Shown here: piece after piece, positions 8,999 to 19,757 of the stretch
Numbering within the stretch: the stretch's first letter is position 1
Layout of the letters: every line of letters starts with the position of its first letter
NCBI GenBank assembly: GCA_038208485.1
Contig: JBBQYS010000002.1
Coordinates: 13,323-77,322, forward strand
Reading direction: 5' to 3'
Origin: Chitinophagales bacterium
Lineage (GTDB): Bacteria; Bacteroidota; Bacteroidia; Chitinophagales; Chitinophagaceae
DNA length: 64,000 nt
Notes under the pieces: model-generated
The model's database searches: none
What the model was told of the DNA's origin: nothing
The model's input: only the letters and a program-made list of their open reading frames with translations
Position numbers and translations under genes: made by a program

Positions 8999-10462
8999 AT
9001 GAAATCTTACGCATTTTACCTTTCCATTTGTTTAGTACTTCTTCGTACTACAACCCTCTTTGCACAGCCAAAGACCTTTACCGTTAATGGGAAAACTGAT
9101 CAGTCAGAAAAGTTCCTCTTAATCTTAAGAAATAACGGGCCACTTGAGTATAATAATTACTATGACAGTTTGCCCATTAGCTCTGCGGGCAAGTTTAATA
9201 TGAAAATAAAAATGGAGGATTATGAAGTTGTACGGCTTTTAAATAATGGAAAAGCTTACAATCTTTTCGTGCAGCCAGGTTCGTCTCTTAGATTAAATAT
9301 TAAAGACAGTGTAGTATCATTTGCAGGACCTATGGGGAAATATGCAAATTACTATCTTGACCAGAGAATAAATGATGCGGCTATTTTTGAAAAGTATAGT
9401 GAAAATAACGCTGGCATGTCAGCTTTGCTAAATTATAACCCCAAAAAATATTTTCTAATTCAGGATAGTATACTCGCAGAACAAAATACTTTTCTAGACC
9501 ATTACTTTGCAAATATATCGGAGCCCTCCAAAGTAGAATTTATAAGGAGAGAAAAATCGTTGGCGCTTTACAGTGATTTATATTATAAAATACAAAGCAG
9601 TAATACAGCATACAAAGAATTTGCATTTTTCCAACGAGAATTAAATTTGCCACCTGTCCCCTGTTTCGATTTTTCAGATGAGGTTACCTTTGATGATAAA
9701 AAATTATTTGCCCTCTGGTCCTATAAAAGTTTTGTTCAGAGCGCCTTGCCACCAATAAGCAAAAAAATACTACTTGACCGACAATCAACATTTGAATTCG
9801 GAGCCTGGATAGATATACAGATGGAACTTATTGACAAGTGGTCAAAAGACCCTTATTGCAATTTTTACAATAAAGCCATCATCCTTGATTTCTGGGTAAC
9901 CCAAATTAAACATAATGGAATTCTTGCGTGGTCAGATAAACTGTACGCCTTAACTAAGGAGTTACAGCCAATGGATAATGAAATGGTGCTGGAAGACATC
10001 AAAAAAAATTTAGACAAAATTGTTCTCTCAACAAAATTCAAAAAGGGTGCAGCCGCTCCTGGATTCACATTCATAGATTCTTCAGGGAAAAAGTATGACC
10101 TGGAAGATTTCAGGGGCAAAAAGATTTACATTGATATTTGGGCTACCTGGTGTGCACCATGTATAGCCTTGCAGCCAGAGTTGGAAAAAAGAATAGCAGA
10201 ATATGCTGACAATGAAAAAGTGATTTTTATCTCTGTTGCGATTGATGACAAACCAGATGCCTGGGTAAAGTTTCTAAGAAAAAGCAAATTAAACGGATTG
10301 CAATTATACTCAGGTGAAGGTCTGTGGAAAAGCCAGTTTGCGAAAGATTACGAAATTTTCAGCCTGCCGTGGTTTATTATCATTGATGAGAGCGGCAATA
10401 TTGCTTCTTACCCTGCACCAAGACCTGACAATCCAACAGAGCTGGAGATGCTTTTACAATAA
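8999..10462 (+). CDS. TlpA-like thiol:disulfide oxidoreductase with large N-terminal domain
   Basis: Signal peptide; C-terminal thioredoxin fold with WATWCAPC active site. ATG 8999 is preferred over the TTG at 8987 used by the track. Confidence 0.8.
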   Translation: MKSYAFYLSICLVLLRTTTLFAQPKTFTVNGKTDQSEKFLLILRNNGPLEYNNYYDSLPISSAGKFNMKIKMEDYEVVRLLNNGKAYNLFVQPGSSLRLNIKDSVVSFAGPMGKYANYYLDQRINDAAIFEKYSENNAGMSALLNYNPKKYFLIQDSILAEQNTFLDHYFANISEPSKVEFIRREKSLALYSDLYYKIQSSNTAYKEFAFFQRELNLPPVPCFDFSDEVTFDDKKLFALWSYKSFVQSALPPISKKILLDRQSTFEFGAWIDIQMELIDKWSKDPYCNFYNKAIILDFWVTQIKHNGILAWSDKLYALTKELQPMDNEMVLEDIKKNLDKIVLSTKFKKGAAAPGFTFIDSSGKKYDLEDFRGKKIYIDIWATWCAPCIALQPELEKRIAEYADNEKVIFISVAIDDKPDAWVKFLRKSKLNGLQLYSGEGLWKSQFAKDYEIFSLPWFIIIDESGNIASYPAPRPDNPTELEMLLQ

Positions 10463-10629
10463 ATAGGTTATGGTGTCCGACATGCCTAACAATTACTTTT
10501 TATAAGTCTGTAATAAGCTGATTCATGTACCAAACCTGCCGGCCCCAAAATAAAAAACTTCACCACTTTTATTTATGATTTTTTTACAGGCTATTGTTTA
10601 TAACTTAGTCTCTTTGTTTTCTCCAATTT

Positions 10630-12117
10630 ATGATCAGAGTTTTCCTTTTCCTTTTTGTGGCAGTTTTTTTTTGCAGTTGTGCGGTGAATAAAAATTATTC
10701 GCCTGCCCGGAAATATGCCCCCGAAAAACTAAAAAAAGATTTTACGTTATTACAAACAATCCTGGAAAAAAAACATCCTTCGCTTTATTGGTACACGCCA
10801 AAAGACAGTATTGATGCCGCTTTTCGGAGTTACTATTCGTCAATAAAAGATAGTATGACTGAGCAGCAATTTGCCTGGAGGGTGCTTGCTCCTATGGTGG
10901 CTAAGATCCATTGCGGACATACCAGTATTCTATACAGCAAGGATTATTCCCGCTGGGCGAAAGGGAAAAAGTTTTCCTCTTTTCCTTTGTATGTAAAAGT
11001 TTGGAACGATACAATGGCGGTGACCGGCAACCTGAACCGGAAGGATTCTTTGTTTAAATGGGGCACGCTGATTACTTCTGTGAATGGCGTGAAGAACCGG
11101 GATATCATCAGCAAAATATTTACTTATTTACCCATGGATGGCTATGCTGAAAATGTAAATTATATCAGGATGAGCAGTTCTTTTCCCCGCTATCATGGTA
11201 ATATTTATGGGCTGAGCAAAACTTACACGGTCGGTTATATAGACAGCGCCAGCGGACAAGAAAAGTTTGCAAAGGTTCCGCTTTTTGAAATAAAAAAAGA
11301 CACGACAAAAAAAGATTCTATAAAACCTGCACCAAAAGAAAAAACAAAAAAACTTACTCCGGTACAACGCAGGGAAAAATACAGAACGTTTGAGATTGAT
11401 AGCTCAGGCCGCTTTGCTACTATGACATTGAATAGTTTTACGAAAGGAAATATCAGGGCTTTCTTCCGGCAGAGTTTTAAGAAAATGGATAAAAATAATA
11501 TCCCAAACCTGATCATAGACCTGCGTGTGAATGGTGGCGGAAGGGTTGGTCTTTCTACTTTGCTTACAAAATATATAAGCCGGGAGAGATTTAAACTGGC
11601 AGATACTGTGTACAGCCAGAATAAGTTTTTGGGTAAATACAGGCGGTATATTTCTGGTGGTATATTTAATGACGTGGCTTTATTTTTTATGACTAAAAAA
11701 CAAAAAGACGGCAATTACCACATTGGCAGAATGGAGCGAAAACTTTTTCACCAGAAGAATAATAATCATTATGATGGTAAAGTGTATGTGCTTACCAACG
11801 GAGCTACTTTTTCTGCCTCTACAGTTTTTTCTAATGCAGTAAAAGGACAGGAAGGAATTAAACTTGTGGGGGAAGAAACCGGTGGTGGCTGGTACGGAAA
11901 TAATGGTATTATTATTCCGAACATTAGTTTACCAAACACAGGACTGAGGGTAAGGTTACCTCTTTTCCGATTAGTACAATGGAACCATACCGATGAAAAA
12001 GGCGCTGGGATTCCTCCTGATATTTCTATACCACCATCCTACAAAGCACTACTAGAAAAAAAAGATAATAAAATGGAAAGGGTGAAGGAAATGATCTTTT
12101 CTGATATTAATGAGTAA
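10630..12117 (+). CDS. S41 family peptidase (lipoprotein)
   Basis: Lipobox-like FFCSCA; S41 core motifs DLRVNGGGR and LTNGATFSAS. Confidence 0.75.
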   Translation: MIRVFLFLFVAVFFCSCAVNKNYSPARKYAPEKLKKDFTLLQTILEKKHPSLYWYTPKDSIDAAFRSYYSSIKDSMTEQQFAWRVLAPMVAKIHCGHTSILYSKDYSRWAKGKKFSSFPLYVKVWNDTMAVTGNLNRKDSLFKWGTLITSVNGVKNRDIISKIFTYLPMDGYAENVNYIRMSSSFPRYHGNIYGLSKTYTVGYIDSASGQEKFAKVPLFEIKKDTTKKDSIKPAPKEKTKKLTPVQRREKYRTFEIDSSGRFATMTLNSFTKGNIRAFFRQSFKKMDKNNIPNLIIDLRVNGGGRVGLSTLLTKYISRERFKLADTVYSQNKFLGKYRRYISGGIFNDVALFFMTKKQKDGNYHIGRMERKLFHQKNNNHYDGKVYVLTNGATFSASTVFSNAVKGQEGIKLVGEETGGGWYGNNGIIIPNISLPNTGLRVRLPLFRLVQWNHTDEKGAGIPPDISIPPSYKALLEKKDNKMERVKEMIFSDINE

Positions 12118-12268
12118 GCATTCTTACTGCTTAGTTACAAGTAAAAATAAATTTGTACCATTAAGAAAGCGTGAAGAAACTCAGCTGATCAATGACTTTA
12201 ATAATGTCTTGTTCTACTTAATAAATTATTGACTTTAATGATAAATCCAATATATAGCGGATAGTAAT

Positions 12269-13063
12269 CTACTCAATATTTATTTTATCCCTGTCTTTAA
12301 GAAAAGCAAATTTGCTGCGAACGGCCTCCAGGTCTTCTTTGCGTAATGTAGCCGTATATGTTTCCTCCCTGTCTTCGCAGTTATACATTATTTCTCCGAG
12401 CGGATCTATGAGCATGCTATCACCACTATAGCTGATCCCTTTTCCATCTTCACCTACCCGGTTTACACCAATCACATAGCATTGATTCTCTATGGCTCTT
12501 GCTACAAGTAATGACTTCCAGGCATAGCTTCTTTTTGCCGGCCAGTTGGCCACATATACAAGAATATCATATTCTGGTTCATTGGCATTTTCTCCATGTT
12601 GCTGTCTTGCCCAACATGGGAATCTAAGGTCATAGCAAACCTGCATATTTATTTTCCAGCCTTTTAGGGATGTGATTAATCTTTTACTCCCCGCAGCGTA
12701 GTGCTCATCTTCTCCCGCAAAACTGAATAAGTGTCTTTTATCGTAAATGCCTGTGTGTCCGTTAGGAAGTGCATATATCAGCCTGTTGTAATATTTTCCA
12801 TCTTCAGCAGCAATATAACTTCCAGCAAGGGCAATGTTTTTTTTTGCAGCCTGCTCTTTCATCCATTGTACGGTTGGCCCATCCAGGGGTTCGGCTAGTT
12901 TTTCAGGATTCATAGAAAAGCCGGTAGTGAACATTTCGGGCAGGAGTACGAGTTCTGCGCCTGCAGGCAGGGCATCTGTTTTTTCCTGAAAGTTCTCCAG
13001 GTTAGCAGTTTTATTTTCCCAGGAAAGCTGCGTTTGGATGAAGGAAACGGTAAGAGAAGACAT
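12269..13063 (-). CDS. carbon-nitrogen hydrolase, YafV-type omega-amidase
   Basis: Nitrilase-superfamily Glu/Cys contexts LLPEMF and VCYDLRFP; 264 aa. Confidence 0.8.
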   Translation of the reverse strand: MSSLTVSFIQTQLSWENKTANLENFQEKTDALPAGAELVLLPEMFTTGFSMNPEKLAEPLDGPTVQWMKEQAAKKNIALAGSYIAAEDGKYYNRLIYALPNGHTGIYDKRHLFSFAGEDEHYAAGSKRLITSLKGWKINMQVCYDLRFPCWARQQHGENANEPEYDILVYVANWPAKRSYAWKSLLVARAIENQCYVIGVNRVGEDGKGISYSGDSMLIDPLGEIMYNCEDREETYTATLRKEDLEAVRSKFAFLKDRDKINIE

Positions 13064-13125
13064 GTAAAAGAATTTTTAATTAAAGGTAAAGAATAGAAAC
13101 TTGCTTTATATTTATCGTTGCTAAT

Positions 13126-13812
13126 ATGATCTCAATTATAATACCGGCTCACAATGAGTCAGCACATTTACAGAACTTACTACCTTATCTCCGGCAACAT
13201 ACCAAAGAAATTGTTTCAGAAATAATTGTAGTGAGTGCACTTAGCACAGACGACACGCCTGGGGTATGCAATCGCCATGGTGTAACTGTGCTGGAGTGTG
13301 GCACCAAGAACCGTGCAGTACAAATGAACCTCGGTGCCGCCGCTGCCTCTTACGATATTTTATACTTTCTACATGCAGATACCAAGCCACCGGGAAACTT
13401 TGTGCAGCAAATAAATGATGCGTTTATTTCTGGTTACAATATTGGCAGATACAAAACAAAATTTGAAGGCGATAGCTTTCTCTTAAAACTTAATGCTTTT
13501 TTTACTAGGTTCGATATTTTGATGTGTTATGGTGGAGATCAAACACTGTTTATAACAAAAGAATTGTTTAATAAAGTTGGTGGTTTTACAGAAACGCTGG
13601 CCATTATGGAGGACTATGATATAACGGAAAGAGCCCGTGAAAATGGCCGCTATATTATAATGGATGATCATGTGCTGGTAAGCACCCGCAAGTACAATAA
13701 AAATTCCTGGTTACAGGTGCAAAAAGCAAATTACAAAGCAGTAAAAATGTACAGAAAGGGAGTCGACAGTAAAGAGATAGCCCGCTGCTACACGGAGAAA
13801 ATTAATCGGTGA
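13126..13812 (+). CDS. family 2 glycosyltransferase (TIGR04283-like)
   Basis: N-terminal IIIPAHNE GT-A signature; 228 aa. Confidence 0.7.
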   Translation: MISIIIPAHNESAHLQNLLPYLRQHTKEIVSEIIVVSALSTDDTPGVCNRHGVTVLECGTKNRAVQMNLGAAAASYDILYFLHADTKPPGNFVQQINDAFISGYNIGRYKTKFEGDSFLLKLNAFFTRFDILMCYGGDQTLFITKELFNKVGGFTETLAIMEDYDITERARENGRYIIMDDHVLVSTRKYNKNSWLQVQKANYKAVKMYRKGVDSKEIARCYTEKINR

Positions 13813-13854
13813 CAATTAAATTATTGCAACGCTTATAATATTTATATTTAATTC

Positions 13855-14889
13855 ATGGAGGGATATATTACTGGCATCCAGCAATGTGGAATAGGGGTGA
13901 CTGATGCTTTGGTTGCTGCGAAATATTATGACCGGCTTTTTGGTTTTAATGCCTTGGTTTTTGATGATACAGCCGAAGCTTCCCTGATGACAAAGTATAC
14001 AGGCGATAAAGTTTTCCGCCGCAGGGCCATGCTGACTATGAATATGCAGGGTGGCGGTGGACTTGAGCTCTGGCAGTTCCTGGATCGAAAACCACAAAAA
14101 GCTCCGTCTGTTTATCCCGGTGATCTTGGTATAAATGCTATCAAAATTAAATGCCGGAATATCAACCTCGCTCATGCTTATTTTCAAGATCAACCCTTGA
14201 AAGAATCTAGTAATATTTTATTAGATTCTTACGGCAGAAAACAATTTACACTCACTGATGATTTTGGAAATAATTTTCAGCTCATAGAACAGGATAACTT
14301 TTTTGCCCAGGGAAAACAATTAAATGCTGGTGTATGTGGTGCTGTAATCGGAGTCTCCGATATGGAAAAGTCTTTGGCGTTTTACTGCTTTCTGTTAGGA
14401 ATAGATAAAAAAGGGATTGAGGAAAAACAGGTTGAAGAAAATGGCAAAAAATTTCGAAAACTGATTCTAAAAAAATCATCTTGTTGCCATGGTGCTTTCA
14501 GTCGTTTATTAGGCGGAATAGAATTAGAACTTGTACAGGCTCTGGATAGGGTTCCCAATAAAATATTTGACAATCGTTTTTGGGGTGATCAGGGATTTAT
14601 ACACCTTTGTTTTGATGTGATTGGAATGACTGGATTAAAAGAACGCTCAGGAAATTCGGGCTATCCTTTTACTGTGGATAGTAATCGTTTTTTTGAAATG
14701 GAAAACTCCGGAGGGCGATTCTGCTATGTAGAAGATCCTGATGGAACTTTGATAGAGTTAGTAGAAACCCATAAGGTTCCAATTCTGAAAAAGATTGGAT
14801 GGCATTTGAATCTGCAAAAAAGAAGAACAGAAAAACCTTTACCGGACTTTATGGTAAAAATGTTGGGTTTCAATAAACTTCCCCGTTGA
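13855..14889 (+). CDS. two-domain VOC (glyoxalase/dioxygenase) family protein
   Basis: Duplicated beta-alpha-beta-beta-beta modules (GIGVTDALVAAKYYDRLFGF; GVSDMEKSLAFYCFLLG). Confidence 0.6.
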   Translation: MEGYITGIQQCGIGVTDALVAAKYYDRLFGFNALVFDDTAEASLMTKYTGDKVFRRRAMLTMNMQGGGGLELWQFLDRKPQKAPSVYPGDLGINAIKIKCRNINLAHAYFQDQPLKESSNILLDSYGRKQFTLTDDFGNNFQLIEQDNFFAQGKQLNAGVCGAVIGVSDMEKSLAFYCFLLGIDKKGIEEKQVEENGKKFRKLILKKSSCCHGAFSRLLGGIELELVQALDRVPNKIFDNRFWGDQGFIHLCFDVIGMTGLKERSGNSGYPFTVDSNRFFEMENSGGRFCYVEDPDGTLIELVETHKVPILKKIGWHLNLQKRRTEKPLPDFMVKMLGFNKLPR

Positions 14890-15498
14890 TCAGTAGCTAA
14901 ATTTTACATCCGCTTCCACATCTACATCCGAGAGAGTGGGCAACAGTACCACCTGTAGATTTTTTGATTTGCATATTTCGAAAGTGTCAGAAGCTACACT
15001 AGGAGTACTCCATTCTGGTATTTTAAAAATTTCAGGATCAAATTTATTCATACCAAGAAGATAATAACCACCATCAGTTGCCGGACCAATCACTATGTCA
15101 TTGTATTTCAAAGCCGCAACAGCATTTTCTATGTGCTTTGCCCTTAACTCGAAACAGTCGGAACCTATAATGATAACAGATTTGAAGTCTTTGTTGAAAA
15201 TCTGTTCAAAGGCCGAGGACATTCTTGAACCAAGATCAGATCCATTTTGCTTTTCCTTAAAAAATTCTTCATTGTCCCACATGTCATCCTTCTCTACAAA
15301 ATCTGAATAAAAAATATATTTAGCACAAGGTAGGTCCTGTATAATTTCATGCGTATGATCAAGTAATTTTTCGTAGATCTTAAATGCTTTTTCTTCACCA
15401 AGCGTATCTGCTATCCTGGTCTTTACCTTCCCTTTCTCAGGATTTTTTACAAATACAATCAACGCACTATTTATCATATTAATCTCTAAGTTTGTCAC
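14890..15498 (-). CDS. DUF2064 / TIGR04282-like nucleotidyltransferase-fold protein
   Basis: ALIVFVKNPEKGKVKTRI and PATDGGYYLLG motifs. Its stop codon directly abuts the VOC gene stop. Confidence 0.65.
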   Translation of the reverse strand: MTNLEINMINSALIVFVKNPEKGKVKTRIADTLGEEKAFKIYEKLLDHTHEIIQDLPCAKYIFYSDFVEKDDMWDNEEFFKEKQNGSDLGSRMSSAFEQIFNKDFKSVIIIGSDCFELRAKHIENAVAALKYNDIVIGPATDGGYYLLGMNKFDPEIFKIPEWSTPSVASDTFEICKSKNLQVVLLPTLSDVDVEADVKFSY

Positions 15499-16104
15499 CC
15501 TCTGTTTTCTTGGGAAAAAGAGTTGTGTCTTTATTTAAATTCAATTTTTTCTGTGCTTCATTTGAGGAATTAGCAGGAGTTATACCCAACCTTAGCTTGA
15601 ATGAACGAATCCCTGTTTTTATCTCATTCTAAAAATGCGAAGGGGGCTGGAAGCCATAGGCTCTGTATTTGTTGGTTTGTACTTTTCCCTTTTCGTGAAC
15701 AAAGGTAGAAAATAGTTCCATCCAATTATCAAAACCCGACATAAAATCTTCATTCTTTAACACATCTTCACTCTGGTTGTAGGTAGGGCTGCGTTTTTGT
15801 CGTTTGGTTTCATGTTTGATAGACCTCACTATATTGTAACTTGATTTTTATGATTTTATTGTGCTTTCTAACAAATATTTTTTTTACTCCTGTATTTACC
15901 TGAAAAAATAGTGCTCTCCTCAAGAATAATCATGAAAAAATTACAACAAGGTTTTTTTAGAAATTAATGATTGAACTTTTTTCTATAAACAAAAACTACC
16001 CTGCTTAAAAATTATTTCAGTGAACCAATCTCATTATTTCAAATATTTGTTATTACAACTTTTTCAGTAGAAAGAAGGTTGTATTTTTTAATAACTTTAT
16101 ACAA

Positions 16105-18141
16105 ATGGGTTTTAATATACAGTCTCCATATACACCTGCCGGCGATCAGCCACAGGCCATTAGTGAACTTACCAAAGGGTTACGGGAGGGTGAGCGTTAT
16201 CAAACCTTACTTGGGGTAACCGGAAGTGGTAAAACATTTACCATGGCCAATGTGATACAAAATGTACAAAGGCCCACCTTGGTGATTACCCACAACAAAA
16301 CCCTGGTAGCACAGCTTTACGGAGAATTCAAACAATTTTTTCCTGACAATGCTGTTGGGTATTTTGTGAGTTATTACGATTATTATCAACCGGAAGCTTA
16401 TATGCCGGTAAGCAATACCTATATAGAAAAAGACCTGAGTATCAATGAAGAATTAGATAAACTGCGCCTGCAGGCAACAGCTCAATTACTAAGTGGACGA
16501 AGAGATATTGTCATTGTAGCGAGTGTGAGTTGTATTTATGGTATGGGTAATCCTACTGAATATGAAAATGGCATTATCCGCATACACAAAAACCAGGTGA
16601 TCTCACGCCAGGGTTTCCTGCATGCTTTGGTAAATTCTCTTTACCACCGCAGCCAGGGAGATTTTACCCGTGGCACTTTCAGGGTAAAAGGAGACACGAT
16701 AGATATCAATCTTCCTTATGTGGATTTTGGCTACCGCATCAGTTTTTTTGGCGATGAAATAGAATCCATAGAAACGCTGGAACTCAGTACAGGCAAGCGG
16801 ATTGGCTCGGTAGAAAACGCAGCGATCTTTCCCGCAAACCTTTACCTGGCGCCAAAAGATATGCTCACAAGAGTGATACACGAAATACAGGATGAGTGCC
16901 TGCAACAGGAAGAATATTTTAAAAAAGACAATAAATATATAGAAGCGCAGCGGATTAGTGAGCGGGTGAATTACGACCTGGAAATGATACGTGAGCTTGG
17001 TTACTGTAATGGGATAGAAAACTATTCACGCTTCTTCGACCGTCGGGCTCCAGGCTCCAGGCCATTCTGTTTACTGGATTATTTTCCAAAAGATTTCCTT
17101 TGTATTATAGACGAAAGCCACCAAACTGTACCACAGGTTAGTGGTATGTACGGTGGTGACAGAAGCCGCAAACTGGTTTTGGTAGATTATGGTTTTCGTC
17201 TTCCTTCAGCGATGGATAACCGGCCATTGAATTTTCATGAATTTGAAAATATGATAGGGCAGACGGTTTTTGTTAGCGCAACTCCCGGAGATTATGAGCT
17301 GGATAAAAGTGGTGGTGTAGTGGTAGAACAGGTCGTACGTCCTACAGGACTTTTAGATCCTCCTATAGAAATAAGACCAAGTGTAAACCAGATAGATGAC
17401 CTGCTCGAAGAAATAGATAACCGGATAAAAAAAGGGGGCCGTATTCTCGTGACCACTCTCACTAAAAGGATGGCAGAAGAAATGGATAAATACCTGCACC
17501 GAATTAATATAAAAAGTAAATACATACACAGTGAAGTGCAGACATTGGAGCGGGTGGAAATTCTCCGGGAACTGAGGCTTGGAATTATAGACGTATTGGT
17601 TGGTGTAAATCTTTTGCGTGAAGGACTAGATTTACCGGAGGTTACACTGGTGGCTATTTTGGATGCTGACAAAGAAGGTTTTCTGCGAAACGAACGCAGC
17701 CTTACCCAAACTGCAGGCCGTGCTGCAAGAAATGTAGATGGACTCGTGATTTTTTATGCAGACACCACAACAGTAAGCATGCAGAAAACAATTGATGAAA
17801 CTACCCGACGCCGTGAAAAACAGATCGAACACAATATTGCCAATAACATTACACCAACTACGATTGTTAAAACAAAAGACCAGGTGTTTGCACAAGGCAG
17901 CGTGCTCGACGTAAAAGGATATGACCCTTCTAACCCTTATGCATTGGATGAAAACGGGCTCACAAACAATATTGCTGCAGAAACAGAGGTTGAATACAAA
18001 ACCATTCCGCAGATGGAGAAGGCAATAGCGCAGGTAAAAAAGCTAATGGAGAAAGCTGCAAAAGATCTGGATTTTATGGAGGCTGCCAGGCTAAGGGACA
18101 GTATGTTTAAGATGAAGAAAGAGCTGGAGGAGATGAAGTGA
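16105..18141 (+). CDS. uvrB: excinuclease ABC subunit B
   Basis: GVTGSGKTFTMA Walker A, helicase motifs, C-terminal UVR domain (MEAARLRD); 678 aa. Confidence 0.97.
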   Translation: MGFNIQSPYTPAGDQPQAISELTKGLREGERYQTLLGVTGSGKTFTMANVIQNVQRPTLVITHNKTLVAQLYGEFKQFFPDNAVGYFVSYYDYYQPEAYMPVSNTYIEKDLSINEELDKLRLQATAQLLSGRRDIVIVASVSCIYGMGNPTEYENGIIRIHKNQVISRQGFLHALVNSLYHRSQGDFTRGTFRVKGDTIDINLPYVDFGYRISFFGDEIESIETLELSTGKRIGSVENAAIFPANLYLAPKDMLTRVIHEIQDECLQQEEYFKKDNKYIEAQRISERVNYDLEMIRELGYCNGIENYSRFFDRRAPGSRPFCLLDYFPKDFLCIIDESHQTVPQVSGMYGGDRSRKLVLVDYGFRLPSAMDNRPLNFHEFENMIGQTVFVSATPGDYELDKSGGVVVEQVVRPTGLLDPPIEIRPSVNQIDDLLEEIDNRIKKGGRILVTTLTKRMAEEMDKYLHRINIKSKYIHSEVQTLERVEILRELRLGIIDVLVGVNLLREGLDLPEVTLVAILDADKEGFLRNERSLTQTAGRAARNVDGLVIFYADTTTVSMQKTIDETTRRREKQIEHNIANNITPTTIVKTKDQVFAQGSVLDVKGYDPSNPYALDENGLTNNIAAETEVEYKTIPQMEKAIAQVKKLMEKAAKDLDFMEAARLRDSMFKMKKELEEMK

Positions 18142-18145
18142 AAAA

Positions 18146-18173
18146 TACTTAGTATTTAGTATTTAGTACATAG
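18146..18173 (+). repeat. period-7 tandem repeat (TAYWTAG x4) just 3' of the uvrB stop
   Basis: tacttag tatttag tatttag tacatag, starting 5 nt after TGA 18139-18141. Confidence 0.85.
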
Positions 18174-18204
18174 ACAGGAAATGAACAAGATGTACTAATA
18201 ATTA

Positions 18205-19164
18205 ATGATTCAATTTGTACAAAAGAATCAGACAATAAGAAAAATGCCCACTACAGATTTTGATAGTTTTTATGATGAACAATTACTTCCATCGCTGCAA
18301 CAGTTGAGGGATCAAAGTCGTGCATCCCGCAGGTGGTTATATATGGTGATTGCTTCTGCGGTTTTACTTGTAATATATATCTATATACGCTCCGGCGATT
18401 ACAGGGAAGACACACTCATTGATACACCGATCGTTATTTTTTTTATTTTATTGATCGTGTCACTTGGTTTTCATATCAATTCCAGAAATGAATTCCAGGT
18501 AAATTTTAAGGAAAGCATTATTAAAAAAATCCTTGATTTTATTTACCCAAATATTAATTACGAACCGGAGAAATACATCAGCAGTAAATTTTACAAAAAC
18601 AGTTCTCTCTACCGTTATAAATATGACAGCATCAATGGCGACGATCTTTTCAAAGGCGTTTACAAAAATGTACCATTTTCCTGTTCGGAACTTTCGACTA
18701 AAATAGATGATGAAACAATTTTTTCAGGTTTATTTTTTGCCGCAAGGATAAATAATTATTACAGCAGTGGCACTTATGTATGGAGTAAAGAAAACAGCCA
18801 GTATGCAGATAGCATATCTACAGAAAGGTACAGGTATTATCCTATGCCGAAGGTTACAGGGCTGAAACTTCAGCATGAGGCGTTTGATAAATATTTTACT
18901 GCCTGCAGTACTTATCCTGCACAGGCCAGGGAAATACTTACCGAAGAACGCATACAACAAATGATCAATTTTTGCATCAAAATAAACAGGGACATTTCCT
19001 TCTCTTTTGTAGGAGGACATTGTTATGTAGCCGTGCCATCTTCTAGTAGTTTGTTTGAGGCTGCAAAAGATCCGGGTGATAAAGAGCGGATCAAAAACTA
19101 CTTTCTGAATATTATTTTGTTCCTTTCACTTATTGATAAATTAAGACTGGATGAAATGCAGTAG
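18205..19164 (+). CDS. hypothetical membrane protein (DUF3137-like by recollection)
   Basis: Two TM helices after an N-terminal segment. The start could instead be Met at 18244. Confidence 0.5.
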   Translation: MIQFVQKNQTIRKMPTTDFDSFYDEQLLPSLQQLRDQSRASRRWLYMVIASAVLLVIYIYIRSGDYREDTLIDTPIVIFFILLIVSLGFHINSRNEFQVNFKESIIKKILDFIYPNINYEPEKYISSKFYKNSSLYRYKYDSINGDDLFKGVYKNVPFSCSELSTKIDDETIFSGLFFAARINNYYSSGTYVWSKENSQYADSISTERYRYYPMPKVTGLKLQHEAFDKYFTACSTYPAQAREILTEERIQQMINFCIKINRDISFSFVGGHCYVAVPSSSSLFEAAKDPGDKERIKNYFLNIILFLSLIDKLRLDEMQ

Positions 19165-19200
19165 ACGTATTTATAGTCAGTAATATGTTTAATAATAACA

Positions 19201-19725
19201 ATGATAGACCCTCCTTATAAAATTTTTGAAACCGAAAGATTGTTTCTCCGGCCGGTAGAAGAAAAAGATGCTGCCTTCCTGATTAAAATTTTGAACAGTG
19301 AAAAATGGCTGCTAAATATTGGGGACAGAAATGTGCATACAATAGAAGTAGCCAAAAAATATATTGAAGAGCGCATCACTACGCAGTACCAAAAATTAGG
19401 TTTTGGGAATTACCTGGTATCAGCAAAAGAAACTGGTGCAGAAATGGGTGTTTGTGGATTGTATGCCCGGCCCGGTCTTGACACAATTGATATTGGTTTT
19501 GCCTTTTTTCCTGAGTACGAAAATCAGGGATTTGGTTTTGAAGCCGCTTCAATACTGATACAAGCAGCGAAGGAGGATTTTCATCTACAAAAACTTTGTG
19601 CCATTACTATCCCTTCTAATATTGCTTCGCAGAAATTAATAAACAAACTTGGGCTGGAATATTTAAAGACAATTAAAATAGATGGAGATAATGAAGAGCT
19701 GATGTATTATGAAATTGATTTGTAG
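19201..19725 (+). CDS. GNAT N-acetyltransferase, RimJ/RimL-like
   Basis: 174 aa; N-terminal ETERLFLRP and QGFGFEAA acetyl-CoA motif region. Confidence 0.75.
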   Translation: MIDPPYKIFETERLFLRPVEEKDAAFLIKILNSEKWLLNIGDRNVHTIEVAKKYIEERITTQYQKLGFGNYLVSAKETGAEMGVCGLYARPGLDTIDIGFAFFPEYENQGFGFEAASILIQAAKEDFHLQKLCAITIPSNIASQKLINKLGLEYLKTIKIDGDNEELMYYEIDL

Positions 19726-19757
19726 ATTAGTTTAAATATAGAAGTGTTGATTTTTAT

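Noticed and set aside
14887-14892. Convergent VOC and DUF2064 genes whose stop codons abut with zero intergenic bases.
   Set aside because: It is real but trivial. There is no room for a terminator and no further signal to interpret from sequence alone.
15629-15829. 66-aa minus-strand ORF in the 600-bp region upstream of uvrB.
   Set aside because: It has no motif and no clear start context or terminator, so it cannot be supported from sequence alone.
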